Shown one piece after another: positions 45,001-56,200 of a stretch of 64,000 nt of DNA. The DNA lies in contig NW_027362766.1 of assembly GCF_046119375.1 (NCBI RefSeq), positions 10,106,001 through 10,170,000 of the forward strand, written 5' to 3'. Numbering within the stretch: the first letter of the stretch is position 1; the number at the start of each line of letters is the position of its first letter. A program made the translations under genes and the position numbers. Source of the DNA: Phyllobates terribilis (lineage: Eukaryota). The notes under the pieces are model-generated. The model did no database searches. It had not been told where the DNA came from and saw only the letters and a program-made list of their open reading frames with translations.

Positions 45001-48000
45001 ACTGCGCGCTCTGCTGCTCTCTGACTGCGCGCTCTGTTGCTGCTGCTCTCTGTGACTGCGCTCTGCTGCTCTCTGTGACTGCGCTCTGCTGCTCTCTGTG
45101 ACTGCGCTCTGCTGCTCTGTGACTGCGCTCTGCTGCTCTCTGTGACTGCGCTCTGCTGCTCTCTGTGACTGCGCTCTGCTGCTCTCTGTGACTGCGCTCT
45201 GCTGCTCTCTGTGACTGCGCTCTGCTGCTCTCTGTGACTGCGCTCGCTGCTGCTGCTCTGCGACTGCGCTCGCTGCTGCTGCTCTGCGACTGCGCTCGCT
45301 GCTGCTGCTCTGCGACTGCGCTCGCTGCTGCTGCTCTGCGACTGCGCTCGCTGCTGCTGCTCTGCGACTGCGCTCGCTGCTGCTGCTCTGCGACTGCGCT
45401 CGCTGCTGCTGCTCTGCGACTGCGCTCGCTGCTGCTGCTGCTCTCTGTGACTGCGCTCGCTGCTGCTGCTGCTCTCTGTGACTGCGCTCGCTGCTGCTGC
45501 TGCTCTCTGTGACTGCGCTCGCTGCTGCTGCTCTCTGTGACTGCGCTCGCTGCTGCTGCTCTCTGTGACTGCGCTCGCTGCTGCTGCTCTCTGTGACTGC
45601 GCTCGCTGCTGCTGCTCTCTGTGACTGCGCTCGCTGCTGCTGCTCTCTGTGACTGCGCGCTCTGCTGCTGCTCTCTGTGACTGCGCGCTCTGCTGCTGCT
45701 CTCTGTGACTGAGTTCTCTGCTGCTCTCTGTGACTGCGCTCTGCTGCTCTCTGTGACTGCGCTCTGCTGCTCTCTGTGACTGCGCTCTGCTGCTCTCTGT
45801 GACTGCGCTCTGCTGCTCTCTGTGACTGCGCTCTGCTGCTCTCTGTGACTGCGCTCTGCTGCTCTCTGTGACTGCGCTCTGCTGCTCTGTGACTGCGCTT
45901 GCTGCTGCTGCTCTGTGACTGCGCTCGCTGCTGCTGCTCTCTGTGACTGCGCTCGCTGCTGCTGCTCTCTGTGACTGCGCTCGCTGCTGCTGCTCTCTGT
46001 GACTGCGCTCGCTGCTGCTGCTCTCTGTGACTGCGCTCTGCTGCTGCTCTCTGACTGCGCTTGCTGCTGCTGCTCTCTGTGACTGCGCTCTGCTGCTGCT
46101 CTGTGACTGCGCTCTGCTGCTGCTCTCTGTGACTGCGCTCTGCTGCTGCTCTCTGTGACTGCGCTCTGCTGCTGCTCTCTGTGACTGCGCTCTGCTGCTG
46201 CTCTCTGTGACTGCGCTCTGCTGCTGCTCTCTGTGACTGCGCTCTGCTGCTGCTCTCTGTGACTGCGCTCTGCTGCTGCTCTCTGTGACTGCGCTCGCTG
46301 CTGCTGCTCTCTGCGACTGCGCTCGCTGCTGCTGCTCTCTGAGACTGCGCTCTGCTGCTGCTCTCTGAGACTGCGCTCTGCTGCTGCTCTCTGAGACTGC
46401 GCTCTGCTGCTGCTCTCTGAGACTGCGCTCTGCTGCTGCTCTCTGAGACTGCGCACTGCTGCTGCTGCTATGTGACTGCGCACTGCTGCTATGTGACTGC
46501 GCACTGCTGCTGCTATGTGACTGCGCACTGCTGCTGCTGCTATGTGACTGCGCACTGCTGCTGCTGCTATGTGACTGCGCACTGCTGCTGCCGCTATGTG
46601 ACTGCGCTCTCTGCTGCCGCTATGTGACTGCGCTCTCTGCTGCCGCTATGTGACTGCGCTCTCTGCTGCCGCTATGTGACTGCGCTCTCTGCTGCCGCTA
46701 TGTGACTGCGCTCTCTGCTGCCGCTATGTGACTGCGCTCTCTGCTGCCGCTATGTGACTGCGCTCTCTGCTGCCGCTATGTGACTGCGCTCTCTGCTGCC
46801 GCTATGTGACTGCGCTCTCTGCTGCCGCTATGTGACTGCGCTCTCTGCTGCCGCTATGTGACTGCGCTCTCTGCTGCCGCTATGTGACTGCGCTCTCTGC
46901 TGCCGCTATGTGACTGCGCTCTCTGCTGCCGCTATGTGACTGCGCTCTCTGCTGCCGCTATGTGACTGCGCTCTCTGCTGCCGCTATGTGACTGCGCTCT
47001 CTGCTGCCGCTATGTGACTGCGCTCTCTGCTGCCGCTATGTGACTGCGCTCTCTGCTGCCGCTATGTGACTGCGCTCTCTGCTGCCGCTATGTGACTGCG
47101 CTCTCTGCTGCCGCTATGTGACTGCGCTCTCTGCTGCCGCTATGTGACTGCGCTCTCTGCTATGGTTTTCGCTGCTGTTGCTGCTCCTCTCTGCGACGGC
47201 GCTCGCTGCTGCTCCTCTCTGCGACGGCGCTCGCTGCTGCTCCTCTCTGCGACGGCGCTCGCTGCTGCTCCTCTCTGCGACGGCTCTCGCTGCTGCTGCT
47301 CTCTGCGACGGCGCTCTCTGCTGCTGCTCTCTGCGACGGCGCTCTCTGCTGCTGCTCTCTGCGACGGCGCTCTCTGCTGCTGCTCTCTGCGACGGCGCTC
47401 TCTGCTGCTGCTCTCTGCGACGGCGCTCTCTGCTGCTGCTCTCTGTGACTGCGCTCTCTGCTGCTGCTCTCTGTGACTGCGCTCTCTGCTGCTGCTCTCT
47501 GTGACTGCGCTCTCTGCTGCTGCTCTCTGTGACTGCGCTCTCTGCTGCTGCTCTCTGTGACTGCGCTCTCTGCTGCTGCTCTCTGTGACTGCGCTCTCTG
47601 CTGCTGCTCTCTGTGACTGCGCTCTCTGCGACCGCGCTCGCTGCTGTTGCTGCTCCTCTCTGTGACGGCGCTCGCTGCTCCTCTCTGTGACGGCGCTCTG
47701 TTCTCTCCACAGTCTCTTCTAAGCAGTCTCTTCGATGACTGTGATTTCCAGCTCTCGGCTCAGCAGACCAGCGCTCTATCCCAGCAGGTACAATAGAGGG
47801 CGCACTGACAGTACTTGGTGGAGGGGTCCGGGCCGCTCACTGTGGGGTCTGATGTGTCTCTGCTCAGTTTGAACAGTGTAACATGGTGGAGGGCGGGCGA
47901 TTGAGCCTGGGCAGCAGCTGTTTTCCTGGAGAGTATCCTCAGGTGCAGAACTCGGCACAGCCGCTGAAGAGACTGAACTGCAGCCGCCACGAGCCCATCC

Positions 48001-48301
48001 CCAACATCATCCTGACAGGTGGGTGTGTGCCCACCTCCTCGCTGCCTCCTGCCTGTGCCCCCTGTAACCTCCTCCTTCCTTCTCCCATCCAGCTGTGGAC
48101 TCCCCTCCCGGCTTCTCTAAGGAGATCACCAGCGCATTGTCCGGGCTCCCTGGCTTTGAAATGGATCCCTCTCTGGGTTTGGAGGAAGATCTTAACATTG
48201 AGCCCCTGACTCTGGACGGACTTAATATGCTCAGTGACCCCTATGCTCCCCTGACGGACCCCCTGGTGGAGGATTCCTTCCGCTCTGACCGGCTGCACTG
48301 A
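30083..48301 (+). CDS. CRTC2: CREB-regulated transcription coactivator 2, ~824 aa (one apparent +1 frameshift in exon 11)
   Basis: Exons 30083-30223, 36241-36342, 38796-38939, 39081-39139, 39535-39603, 40696-40799, 40932-41011, 41097-41146, 41233-41474, 42583-42998, 43083-43716, 47713-47787, 47868-48018, 48093-48301. Motifs [12 protein letters not shown]...[52 protein letters not shown] and DSFRSDRL. Confidence 0.93.
30265..35975. repeat. 33-bp purine-rich minisatellite filling CRTC2 intron 1
   Basis: Unit GACGGGCGAGAGGAGAGAGAGGGAC(T/G)GGCGTCT, ~170 copies in homogeneous variant blocks. Confidence 0.97.
36868..37023. other. Assembly gap (156 N)
   Basis: Run of n. Confidence 1.
38034..38133. 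other. Assembly gap (100 N)
   Basis: Run of n. Confidence 1.
38940..39080 (+). other. CRTC2: U12-type (minor spliceosome) AT-AC intron of CRTC2
   Basis: 5' site ATATCCTT, branch point TTCCTTAAC at 39064-39072 and 3' end AC. Splicing gives ...YMRQ|VDSSPY..., colinear with human CRTC2 (YTRH IDSSPY). Confidence 0.92.
39186..39390. repeat. 55-bp tandem repeat (~3.6 copies), CRTC2 intron 4
   Basis: ATCCTCCAGTCACCTCTAGAGCTGCAGTCACTATCCTGCGGTTACATAATGTCTT. Confidence 0.9.
39620..40570. repeat. 33-bp/24-bp minisatellite, CRTC2 intron 5
   Basis: GTGTGTGCTGCCCCCCACGCTCCCCGCTGGCCC, plus a block of a 24-bp deletion variant. Confidence 0.95.
41535..42551. repeat. 26-bp CpG-rich minisatellite, CRTC2 intron 9
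   Basis: CTCCTCGGTCACCTCGCACGTCGCCG. Confidence 0.95.
43160..43455 (+). repeat. 42-bp coding tandem repeat ([14 protein letters not shown]) in CRTC2 exon 11
   Basis: About 6-7 in-frame copies visible in ORF 43107-43700. Confidence 0.9.
43752..47700. repeat. CTG/CTC-rich ~21-27-bp degenerate minisatellite, CRTC2 intron 11
   Basis: CTGCTGCTCTCTGTGACTGCGCT with many block variants. Confidence 0.95.
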
Positions 48302-48813
48302 GGTTAATGTCAGAGAGAAGAGAGCGGCGTCCTCCCTGTGGTGGATGTGCGGAGATGGCGGCGCCCACTAGTGGTCATCATATTCTGGAGGATGTCCTAC
48401 TACTTGCGCTCCTGGAATTCTCTGGCCAGTTCCCTTCTTTTATCACTAGGAGGCGCTGTGTGTTTCCGTGCTCTTCTCATCCGACATTTAGGTGTAATAC
48501 TGCCATGCTATGCAGATTTACTGCACCCCGAGACCCCACGTTCTCCGCTGCCGATTCCCCCCCATTTTTTATCTTTTCTAGATGACTCTTTAATAATCCA
48601 TTTTTCTAACCAGAAGCCGGGTATTTTCTAGTGTGTGGAGCTATGGCTGCCGCCGAATCCAGGGTGGGGCTGGTGAGCCATGTATTGTGCTGCCCCTGTA
48701 TTCCAGGCACGGAGCGGTGGGTCCATCAGCCGTAGGCGCCCCCGTTGTATCCCACCCGGACCTGATGTGCCTTTACTGCCTGAGCTCTGCCCTCCTCTCC
48801 GTGTAACACGGCG

Positions 48814-49974
48814 GCGGTCTCGCCCTCGGCATGTATCCAGTTCTGCCGCGGTCTCGCCCTCGGCATGTATCCAGTTCTGCCGCGGTCTCGCCCTCGGCAT
48901 GTATCCAGGTCTGCCGCGGTCTCGCCCTCGGCATGTATCCAGGTCTGCCGCGGTCTCGCCCTCGGCATGTATCCAGGTCTGCCGCGGTCTCGCCCTCGGC
49001 ATGTATCCAGGTCTGCCGCGGTCTCGCCCTCGGCATGTATCCAGGTCTGCCGCGGTCTCGCCCTCGGCATGTATCCAGGTCTGCCGCGGTCTCGCCCTCG
49101 GCATGTATCCAGGTCTGCCGCGGTCTCGCCCTCGGCATGTATCCAGCTCTGCCGCGGTCTCGCCCTCGGCATGTATCCAGGTCTGCCGCGGTCTCGCCCT
49201 CGGCATGTATCCAGGTCTGCCGCGGTCTCGCCCTCGGCATGTATCCAGGTCTGCCGCGGCTGCGCCCTCGGCATGTATCCAGGTCTGCCGCGCTGCGCCC
49301 TCGGCATGTATCCAGCTCTGCCGCGCTGCGCCCTCGGCATGTATCCAGCTCTGCCGCGCTGCGCCCTCGGCATGTATCCAGCTCTGCCGCGGTCTCGCCC
49401 TCGGCATGTATCCAGCTCTGCCGCGGTCTCGCCCTCGGCATGTATCCAGCTCTGCCGCGGTCTCGCCCTCGGCATGTATCCAGGTCTGCCGCGGTCTCGC
49501 CCTCGGCATGTATCCAGGTCTGCCGCGGTCTCGCCCTCGGCATGTATCCAGCTCTGCCGCGCTGCGCCCTCGGCATGTATCCAGCTCTGCCGCGGTCTCG
49601 CCCTCGGCATGTATCCAGCTCTGCCGCGGTCTCGCCCTCGGCATGTATCCAGCTCTGCCGCGGTCTCGCCCTCGGCATGTATCCAGCTCTGCCGCGGTCT
49701 CGCCCTCGGCATGTATCCAGCTCTACCGCGGTCTCGCCCTCGGCATGTATCCAGGTCTGCCGCGGTCTCGCCCTCGGCATGTATCCAGGTCTGCCGCGGT
49801 CTCGCCCTCGGCATGTATCCAGGTCTGCCGCGGTCTCGCCCTCGGCATGTATCCAGGTCTGCCGCGGTCTCGCCCTCGGCATGTATCCAGGTCTGCCGCG
49901 GTCTCGCCCTCGGCATGTATCCAGGTCTGCCGCGCTGCGCCCTCGGCATGTATCCAGGTCTGCCGCGCTGCGCC
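48814..49974. repeat. 34-bp minisatellite in the putative CRTC2 3' UTR
   Basis: CGGTCTCGCCCTCGGCATGTATCCAGGTCTGCCG, ~34 copies. Confidence 0.95.
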
Positions 49975-50172
49975 CGCTGCACTTTTCTATGTTTTCTAGG
50001 TGAATCTTATTTATTGACTCCGGATTTTGCAGGCAAAACGTGGACGCGGAGTTTATTTTCTGCAGTCGCCCCAGTGAAGGAAAATCCCTTTTTTCTCTCC
50101 ACTTCCTTTTGTACGCCGCGCTGTATAAATGTATATATTTCTACCAAGACGTCCTTTTTATAAGATAGCGAA

Positions 50173-50178
50173 AATAAA
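50173..50178 (+). terminator. Candidate CRTC2 polyadenylation signal
   Basis: First AATAAA I found after the CRTC2 stop, in AT-rich unique sequence. Confidence 0.5.
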
Positions 50179-50279
50179 GGAAAAAGAAAGGTGTGCCGCA
50201 GCCTTGTGTGAACGCGCGTCGGCAAACCGTCCCTGACACCATCAGTAACACACAGCTGCCTCTAGGTGGCAGGATATAG

Positions 50280-53200
50280 GAGTAGATCCCCCGTATTACC
50301 CAGAGCCCCCTGTAGGTGGTGATATATAGGGGTAGATCCCGGTATTACCCGGAGCCTCCTGTAGATGGCGGTATAAAAGGGAAGATCTTGGTATTACCCG
50401 GAGCCTCCAGTAGGTGGCGGTATATAGAGATAGATCTTGGTGTTACCCGGAGCCTCCTGTAGGTGGCGCTATATAGAAATAGATCTTGGTATTACCAGGA
50501 GGCTCCTGTAGGTGGTGGTATATAGGGGTAGATCCCGATATTACCCAGAGCCTCCTGTAGATGGCGGTATATAGGGGTAGATCCCGATATTACCCGGAGC
50601 CTCCTGTAGGTGGCGATATATAGGGGTAGATCCCGATATTACCCGGAGCCTCCTGTAGGTGGCGGTATATAGGGATAGATCCCGACATTACCCGGAGCCT
50701 CCTGTAGGTGGCGGTATATAGGGGTAGATCCCGACATTACCCGGAGCCTCCTGTAGGTGGCGATATATAGGGGTAGATCCCGACATTACCCGGAGCCTCC
50801 TGTAGGTGGCGATATATAGAGGTAGATCCCGGTATTACCCGGAGCCTCCTGTAGGTGGCGGTATATAGGGGTAGATCCCGATATTACCCGGAGCCTCCTG
50901 TAGGTGGCGGTATATAGGGGTAGATCCCGATATTACCCGGAGCCTCCTGTAGGTGGTGGTATATAGGGGTAGATCCCGATATTACCCGGAGCTTCCTGTA
51001 GGTGGGGATGTATACGGGTAGATCCCGATATTACCCGGAGCCTCCTGTAGGTGGCGATGTATAGGGGTAGATCCCGATATTAGCCGGAGCCTCCTGTAGG
51101 TGGCGGGGTAGATCCCGATATTACCGGGAGCCTCCTGTAGGTGGCGATATATAGGGGTAGATCATTGTATTACCCGGAGCCTCCTGTAGGTGGCGATGTA
51201 TAGGGGTAGATCTCGGTATTACCCGGAGCCTCCTGTAGGTGGCGGTATATAGGGGTAGATCCTGATATTACCCGGAGCCTCCTGTAGGTGGCGATATATA
51301 GGGGTAGATCCATATATTACCCGGAGCCTCCTGTAGGTGGCGATATATAGGGGTAGATCCTGATATTACCCGGAGCCTCCTGTAGGTGGCGATATATAGG
51401 GATGGATCCCGAAAGTAGCCGGAGCCTCCTTGTAGGTGACGATATATAGGGGTAGATCCCGGTATTACCCGGAGCCTCCTGTAGGTGGCGGTATATAGGG
51501 GTAGATCCCGTTATTTCCCGGTGCCTCCTGTAGGTGGTGATGTATAGGGGTAGATCCTGGTATTACCCGGAGCCTCCTGTAGGTGGCGATATATAGGGGT
51601 AGATCCCGATATTACCCAGAGCCTCCTGTAGGTGGCGGTATATAGGGGTAGATCACGGTATTACCCAAAGCCTCCTGTAGGTGGCGGTATATAGGGGTTG
51701 ATGACGGTATTACCAGGAGGCTTCTGTAGGTGGCAATATATAGGGGTAGATCCCAACATTACCCGGAGCCTCCTGTAGGTGGCGGTATATAGGGGTAGAT
51801 CCCGATATTACCCAGAGCCTCCTGTAGGTGGCGGTATATAGGGGTTGATCACGGTATTACCAGGAGGCTTCTGTAGGTGGCAATATATAGGGGTAGATCC
51901 CAATATTACCAGGAGGCTCCTGTAGGTGTCGATATATAGGGGTAGATCCCGTTATTACACGAAAGCTCCTGTAGGTGGCGATGTATAGCAGTTGATCACG
52001 GTATTGTCCGGAAGCTCCTGTAGGTGGCGATATGTAGGGTTAGATCCCGGTATGACCCAAAGCCTCTTATATGTGGCAATATATAGGGGTAGATCCTGAT
52101 ATTACCCAGAGCCTCCTGTAGGTGGCGGTATATAGGGTTAGATCCCAGTATTATCCGGAGGCTCCTGTAGGTGGCGGTATTTAGTGGTAGATCCCGTTAT
52201 TACCTAGAGGATCCTGTAGGTAGCGGTAAATAGGGAGAGATCCCGTTATTACACGAAGGCTCCTGTAGGTGGCGATATATAGGGGTAGATCCCGATATTA
52301 CCTGGAGCCTCCTATAGGTGGCGGTATATAGGGGTAGATCCCGAAAGTACCTGGAGCCTCCTGTAGGTGGATATATATAGAGGTAGATCCCCATATTACC
52401 CGGAGCCTCCTGTAGGTGGCGATATATAGGGGTAGATCACGGTATTACCCGGAGCCTCCTGTAGGTGGCGATATATAGGGGTAGATCCCGGTATTACCCG
52501 GAGCCTCCTGTAGGTGGCGGTATATAGGGGTAGATCCCGATATTACCCGGAGCCTCCTGTAGGTGGCGATATATAGGGATAGATCCCGAAAGTAGCCGGA
52601 GCCTCCTGTAGGTGGCGATATATAGGGGTAGATCCTGATATTACCCGGAGCCTCCTGTAGGTGGCGATATATAGGGATAGATCCCGAAAGTAGCCGGAGC
52701 CTCCTGTAGGTAGCGATATATAGGGGTAGATCCCGGTATTACCCGGAGCCTCTTGTAGGTGGCGGTATATAGGGGTAGATCCCGTTATTACCCGGAGACT
52801 CCTGTAAGTGGCGGTATATAGGGGTAGATCCCGATATTACCCAGAGCCTCCTGTAGGTGGCGGTATATAGGGGTAGATCCCGGTATTACCCGGAGCCTCC
52901 TGTAGGTGGCGGTATATAGGGGTTGATCACGGTATTACCAGGAGGCTTCTGTAGGTGGCAATATATAGGGGTAGATCCCAACATTACCCGGAGCCTCCTG
53001 TAGGTGGCAATATATAGGGGTAGATCCCAATATTACCAGGAGGCTCCTGTAGGTGTCGATGTATAGGGGTAGAACCCGATATTACCCGGAGCCTCCTGTA
53101 GGTGGCTGTATATAGGGGTAATTTCCCGGTATTACCCGGAGCCACCTGTAGGTGGTGATATATAGGGGTAGATCCCGGTATTACCCGGAGCCTCCTGTAG

Positions 53201-56200
53201 GTGGTGCTATATAGGGTTATAGCCCGGTATTACCTGGAGCCTCCTGTAGGTGGCGATATATATAGGGTAGATCCCGGTATTACCCGCAGCCTCCTGTAGG
53301 TGGCGGTATATAGGGGAAGATCCCCGTATTACCCGGAGCCTCCTGTAGGTGGCCGTATATATGGGTAATTTCCCGGTATTACCCGGAGCCACCTGTAGGT
53401 GGCGATATGTAGGGGTAGATCCCGGTATTACCCGGAGCCTCCTGTAGGTGGCGGTATATAGGGGTAGATCCCGGTATTACCCGGAGCCTCCTGTAGGTGG
53501 CGGTATATAGGGGTAGATCCCGGTATTACCCGGAGCCTCCTGTAGGTGGCGGTATATAGGGGTAGATCCCGGTATTACCCGGAGCCTCCTGTAGGTGGCG
53601 ATATATAGGGGTAGATCCCGGTATTACCCGGAGCCTCCTGTAGGTGGTGGTATATAGGGGTAGATCCCGATATTACCCGGAGCCTCCTGTAGGTGGCGGT
53701 ATATAGGGGTAGATCCCGATATTACCCGGAGCCTCGTGTAGGTGGCGGTATATAGGGGTAGATCCCGGTATTACCCGGAGCCTCCTGTAGGTGGCAATAT
53801 ATAGGGGTAGATCCCGGTATTACCCGGAGCCTGCTGTTGGTGGCGATATATAGGGGTAGATCCCGGTATTACCCGGAGCCTCCTGTAGGTGGCGATATAT
53901 AGGGGTAGATCCCGGTATTACCTGGAGCCTCCTGTAGGTGGCGGTATATAGGGGTATATCCCGGTATTACCCGGAGCCTCCTGTAGGTGGCGGTATATAG
54001 TGGTAGATCCTGGTATTACCCGGAGCCTCCTGTAGGTGGCGGTATATAGGGGTAGATCCCGATATTACCCGGAGCCTCCTGTAGGTGGCGGTATATAGGG
54101 GTAGATCCCGATATTACCCGGAGCCTCCTGTAGGTGGTGGTATATAGGGGTAGATCCCGATATTACCCGGAGCTTCCTGTAGGTGGGGATGTATACGGGT
54201 AGATCCCGATATTACCCGGAGCCTCCTGTAGGTGGCGATGTATAGGGGTAGATCCCGATATTAGCCGGAGCCTCCTGTAGGTGGCGGGGTAGATCCCGAT
54301 ATTACCGGGAGCCTCCTGTAGGTGGCGATATATAGGGGTAGATCATTGTATTACCCGGAGCCTCCTGTAGGTGGCGATGTATAGGGGTAGATCTCGGTAT
54401 TACCCGGAGCCTCCTGTAGGTGGCGGTATATAGGGGTAGATCCTGATATTACCCGGAGCCTCCTGTAGGTGGCGATATATAGGGGTAGATCCATATATTA
54501 CCCGGAGCCTCCTGTAGGTGGCGATATATAGGGGTAGATCCTGATATTACCCGGAGCCTCCTGTAGGTGGCGATATATAGGGATGGATCCCGAAAGTAGC
54601 CGGAGCCTCCTTGTAGGTGACGATATATAGGGGTAGATCCCGGTATTACCCGGAGCCTCCTGTAGGTGGCGGTATATAGGGGTAGATCCCGTTATTTCCC
54701 GGTGCCTCCTGTAGGTGGTGATGTATAGGGGTAGATCCTGGTATTACCCGGAGCCTCCTGTAGGTGGCGATATATAGGGGTAGATCCCGATATTACCCAG
54801 AGCCTCCTGTAGGTGGCGGTATATAGGGGTAGATCACGGTATTACCCAAAGCCTCCTGTAGGTGGCGGTATATAGGGGTTGATGACGGTATTACCAGGAG
54901 GCTTCTGTAGGTGGCAATATATAGGGGTAGATCCCAACATTACCCGGAGCCTCCTGTAGGTGGCGGTATATAGGGGTAGATCCCGATATTACCCAGAGCC
55001 TCCTGTAGGTGGCGGTATATAGGGGTTGATCACGGTATTACCAGGAGGCTTCTGTAGGTGGCAATATATAGGGGTAGATCCCAATATTACCAGGAGGCTC
55101 CTGTAGGTGTCGATATATAGGGGTAGATCCCGATATTACCCGGAGCCTCCTGTAGGTGGCGGTATATAGGGGTAGATCCCGTTATTACACGAAAGCTCCT
55201 GTAGGTGGCGATGTATAGCAGTTGATCACGGTATTGTCCGGAGGCTCCTGTAGGTGGCGATATGTAGGGTTAGATCCCGGTATGACCCAAAGCCTCTTAT
55301 ATGTGGCAATATATAGGGGTAGATCCTGATATTACCCAGAGCCTCCTGTAGGTGGCGGTATATAGGGTTAGATCCCAGTATTATCCGGAGGCTCCTGTAG
55401 GTGGCGGTATTTAGTGGTAGATCCCGTTATTACCTAGAGGATCCTGTAGGTAGCGGTAAATAGGGAGAGATCCCGTTATTACACGAAGGCTCCTGTAGGT
55501 GGCGATATATAGGGGTAGATCCCGATATTACCTGGAGCCTCCTATAGGTGGCGGTATATAGGGGTAGATCCCGAAAGTACCTGGAGCCTCCTGTAGGTGG
55601 ATATATATAGAGGTAGATCCCCATATTACCCGGAGCCTCCTGTAGGTGGCGATATATAGGGGTAGATCACGGTATTACCCGGAGCCTCCTGTAGGTGGCG
55701 ATATATAGGGGTAGATCCCGGTATTACCCGGAGCCTCCTGTAGGTGGCGGTATATAGGGGTAGATCCCGATATTACCCGGAGCCTCCTGTAGGTGGCGAT
55801 ATATAGGGATAGATCCCGAAAGTAGCCGGAGCCTCCTGTAGGTGGCGATATATAGGGGTAGATCCTGATATTACCCGGAGCCTCCTGTAGGTGGCGATAT
55901 ATAGGGATAGATCCCGAAAGTAGCCGGAGCCTCCTGTAGGTAGCGATATATAGGGGTAGATCCCGGTATTACCCGGAGCCTCTTGTAGGTGGCGGTATAT
56001 AGGGGTAGATCCCGTTATTACCCGGAGACTCCTGTAAGTGGCGGTATATAGGGGTAGATCCCGATATTACCCAGAGCCTCCTGTAGGTGGCGGTATATAG
56101 GGGTAGATCCCGGTATTACCCGGAGCCTCCTGTAGGTGGCGGTATATAGGGGTTGATCACGGTATTACCAGGAGGCTTCTGTAGGTGGCAATATATAGGG

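Noticed and set aside
43646-46582. 978-aa minus-strand ORF ([13 protein letters not shown] repeats)
   Set aside because: Antisense read-through of the intron 11 minisatellite, with no start context or domain.
30083-48301. Assignment as CRTC1 or CRTC3
   Set aside because: [22 protein letters not shown] and GVPLDTSK match CRTC2, as does the adjacency to SLC39A1.
48628-50163. Overlapping 338-439-aa ORFs on both strands
   Set aside because: A 34-bp unit cycling through frames downstream of the CRTC2 stop.
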